This document shows, in pieces, positions 17,332-18,784 of a stretch of DNA of 18,784 nt. The translations under genes and the position numbers were made by a program. The DNA lies in IMG/VR virus record IMGVR_UViG_2778261171_000002; one strand, 5' to 3'. Below the pieces are notes generated by a model. It was not told the origin of the DNA. It was given only the letters and a program-made list of their open reading frames with translations, and did no database searches. The DNA is from a virus. Its lineage: Duplodnaviria > Heunggongvirae > Uroviricota > Caudoviricetes. Numbering within the stretch: the first letter of the stretch is position 1; each line of letters begins with the position of its first letter.

Positions 17332-17786
17332 TACGCCTCCTGCTTGTCGCGCAGCAGCTGGAACTCGCAGCTCTGTGGAATAGTCAGGTGGCAACCAATA
17401 TTCATCGCCCAGGCTTCAACCTTACACAGGAAGACATACATCTCTCCGGTATCAAGATCGGAGGTATGGCGTAACGACTGGATAGTGGTGATATCACCGG
17501 TTACGACATCAACCAGGTCTTTGGTTTCATAACCGAGATATGTGTGTTTGAGAGCATCTTTTACCCAAGCTGGAGTGGCGAACGTTTTACCCCTGCTGAT
17601 GAGGTATTCACTGATTTCGCTGTACCACATGTGGCTGAGTGCATTCTGGGAAAGACTGCGTTTCTCACGCCACGGTTTAAGCACCAGGCGAAAGCATTTG
17701 CCCTCCTCCAGATAAGGCTGGATCTGCCGACCGATAGCGGTGAAGTTGCCGCGATGTAATTTGATGCCGTCTTGTGAGAGGTTCAC
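17331..17786 (-). CDS. NinB (Orf) family recombination protein, YbcN-like (151 aa)
   Basis: [16 protein letters not shown] resembles the lambda NinB region SLDQNRKLWACLGDVS; GGAGG Shine-Dalgarno before a GTG start. Confidence 0.7.
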   Translation of the reverse strand: MNLSQDGIKLHRGNFTAIGRQIQPYLEEGKCFRLVLKPWREKRSLSQNALSHMWYSEISEYLISRGKTFATPAWVKDALKHTYLGYETKDLVDVVTGDITTIQSLRHTSDLDTGEMYVFLCKVEAWAMNIGCHLTIPQSCEFQLLRDKQEA

Positions 17787-17818
17787 GCTTCCCCTCCGCA
17801 GAGGTCAAACGTTGGATG

Positions 17819-17845
17819 CAAAAAAACGCAGGTGCATTTCTGCAT
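17819..17845 (-). terminator. Candidate rho-independent terminator downstream of the orphan 251-aa gene
   Basis: Minus-strand hairpin AUGCAG-loop-CUGCGU (one G-U pair) followed by UUUUUUU, about 125 nt past the stop at 17971. Confidence 0.4.
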
Positions 17846-17970
17846 CTGTGAAGGGAGAAGAGAGTTTGGATTGTATGTGCGCATAAACGTCCCCGTTTAG
17901 CGCAGAAGTCACCGGAGTTGTTCAGGCTCCGATGACATGATTATGGCGGGTTGATTATTGAAAATCAAAG

Positions 17971-18726
17971 TTAATCGTACGAGTCGAGTATGTTCTGAAA
18001 CGCCCAGCCATCCTCCTTAGGAACACAAGACAGAATCGAATGAATTAGATCCCCTGCGGAAAGAAGTAACCCTTCTTGCCCTTCAAGAAAATAACGCCAT
18101 TTAGGTCCATGAAACAGATTGTTCCGTAACCGGAAACAAACGAACAAGCACACTGCAAGCTGAGTCTCAGGCTCGGTTGTCATAGCTTGCATGGCTGAAA
18201 AACAGTCATCTCTCGCCTTTTGAGAGGTGTGGTGTAATTCCCCGCATAGGCTTTCAAACTTGCTTTTATCATTTACATAGCGTTCTGAAAAAAAATCGTA
18301 TGTACACTTGAGAACCCCCAGATCCACAACCTCCATTTGCAAAAGACGATTGGCATATTTCGCACTTTTGCCTTGCCCCCCAGCGCAATTAAGAAGTAGA
18401 GACTCGAAGAAAGAGAAGTACAAAAAATAACGATTAACGGCGGTAAGGATAGATGGGGTAATCCTGCCTTCTGCATTAATCAACTCGTCAAATTCTGATG
18501 AAAAATCCAACTGTTCATCCTTTTCCATTATATTCGGCCATTTATTGATATTGCACATCAGTCGCTCTTGGCAATGACAGGTTTGCTCTCGGTAATGTCT
18601 CAAACGCCCCAAAAAGTAGTCTCGCAAATGCTCTAGGGAAGGTGCGAATAAGCAGGTCATTTCTTCCCAAGCTGACTCGCTGATTAAAATTTCGCGGATC
18701 TGGGCCGATTTTTTTCCCGCAAACAC
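17971..18726 (-). CDS. Orphan hypothetical protein (251 aa from GTG; 229 aa if the first ATG is used) with a C-terminal Rx4H (HEPN-like) motif
   Basis: Long ORF in a lower-GC segment upstream of the nin genes; RNNLFH encoded at 18109..18126; Cys/His-rich N-terminus. Confidence 0.65.
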   Translation of the reverse strand: MFAGKKSAQIREILISESAWEEMTCLFAPSLEHLRDYFLGRLRHYREQTCHCQERLMCNINKWPNIMEKDEQLDFSSEFDELINAEGRITPSILTAVNRYFLYFSFFESLLLNCAGGQGKSAKYANRLLQMEVVDLGVLKCTYDFFSERYVNDKSKFESLCGELHHTSQKARDDCFSAMQAMTTEPETQLAVCLFVCFRLRNNLFHGPKWRYFLEGQEGLLLSAGDLIHSILSCVPKEDGWAFQNILDSYD

Positions 18727-18784
18727 ATCGAATCAGCCTATTTAGGCTATTTTTTCCACCATTTCTGGCGTTATTTCCGGTTTT

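Larger units (their letters stand above)
1..18784. mobile_element. Prophage late region (mosaic lambdoid: nin-Q-lysis-terminase-HK97-like head-Mu-like contractile tail)
   Basis: Uninterrupted co-linear phage gene order on the minus strand; recognisable lambda-like R, Rz/Rz1, bor and RusA; HK97-type portal, protease and capsid; sheath, tube and tape measure. Confidence 0.85.

Noticed and set aside
17014-17532. 172-aa plus-strand ORF
   Set aside because: Antisense to the ybcO-like, ninE and ninB genes; shadow ORF.
25-18726. N-terminal extensions in the supplied ORF track (for example HNH to 13396, bor from 13775, ninE to 17394, ybcO-like to 17207)
   Set aside because: The track uses GTG/TTG as starts and takes the longest frame; downstream ATGs with Shine-Dalgarno sequences or stop/start overlaps give better gene models, so the extensions were trimmed.
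18733-18755. Plus-strand hairpin plus T-run as a standalone terminator for a convergent gene
   Set aside because: Only a 5-bp stem and the window ends 30 nt later; mentioned under the orphan gene finding but not supportable as a feature.
1-18784. CRISPR arrays, IS elements, integrase or att sites
   Set aside because: No spaced direct repeats, no terminal inverted repeats with a transposase, and no recombinase ORF seen; prophage ends are presumably outside the window.

Overview
The window is the late region of a mosaic lambdoid prophage from an Enterobacteriaceae (E. coli-like) genome. Almost every gene is on the minus strand, so the phage reads from high to low coordinates. In that order: an orphan low-GC gene (17971..18726), a DLP12-like nin block (ninB/ybcN-like, ninE, ybcO-like, rusA, ylcG-like), antiterminator Q, a late-promoter/terminator region, the lysis cassette (holin, lambda-type R, Rz with embedded Rz1), bor and a small ORF on the plus strand, an HNH endonuclease with P27-family small and large terminase subunits, an HK97-like head module (portal, prohead protease, major capsid), head-tail connector genes, a Mu-like contractile tail (sheath, tube, frameshifted chaperone, tape measure), an AT-rich moron, and a 110-aa DNA-circulation-like fragment at the left edge. 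No rRNA, tRNA, CRISPR array, IS element or integrase was seen. The best candidate for an undescribed function is the 251-aa orphan ORF at 17971..18726, which carries an Rx4H (HEPN-like) motif and is followed by a terminator; the second is the AT-rich 176-aa membrane-anchored moron inside the tail cluster (413..943). All product calls come from reading the translated ORFs and from remembered family features; no database search was run. The supplied ORF track uses GTG/TTG as starts, so several true starts are probably downstream ATGs. Hand-derived coordinates for small motifs may be off by 1-2 nt.
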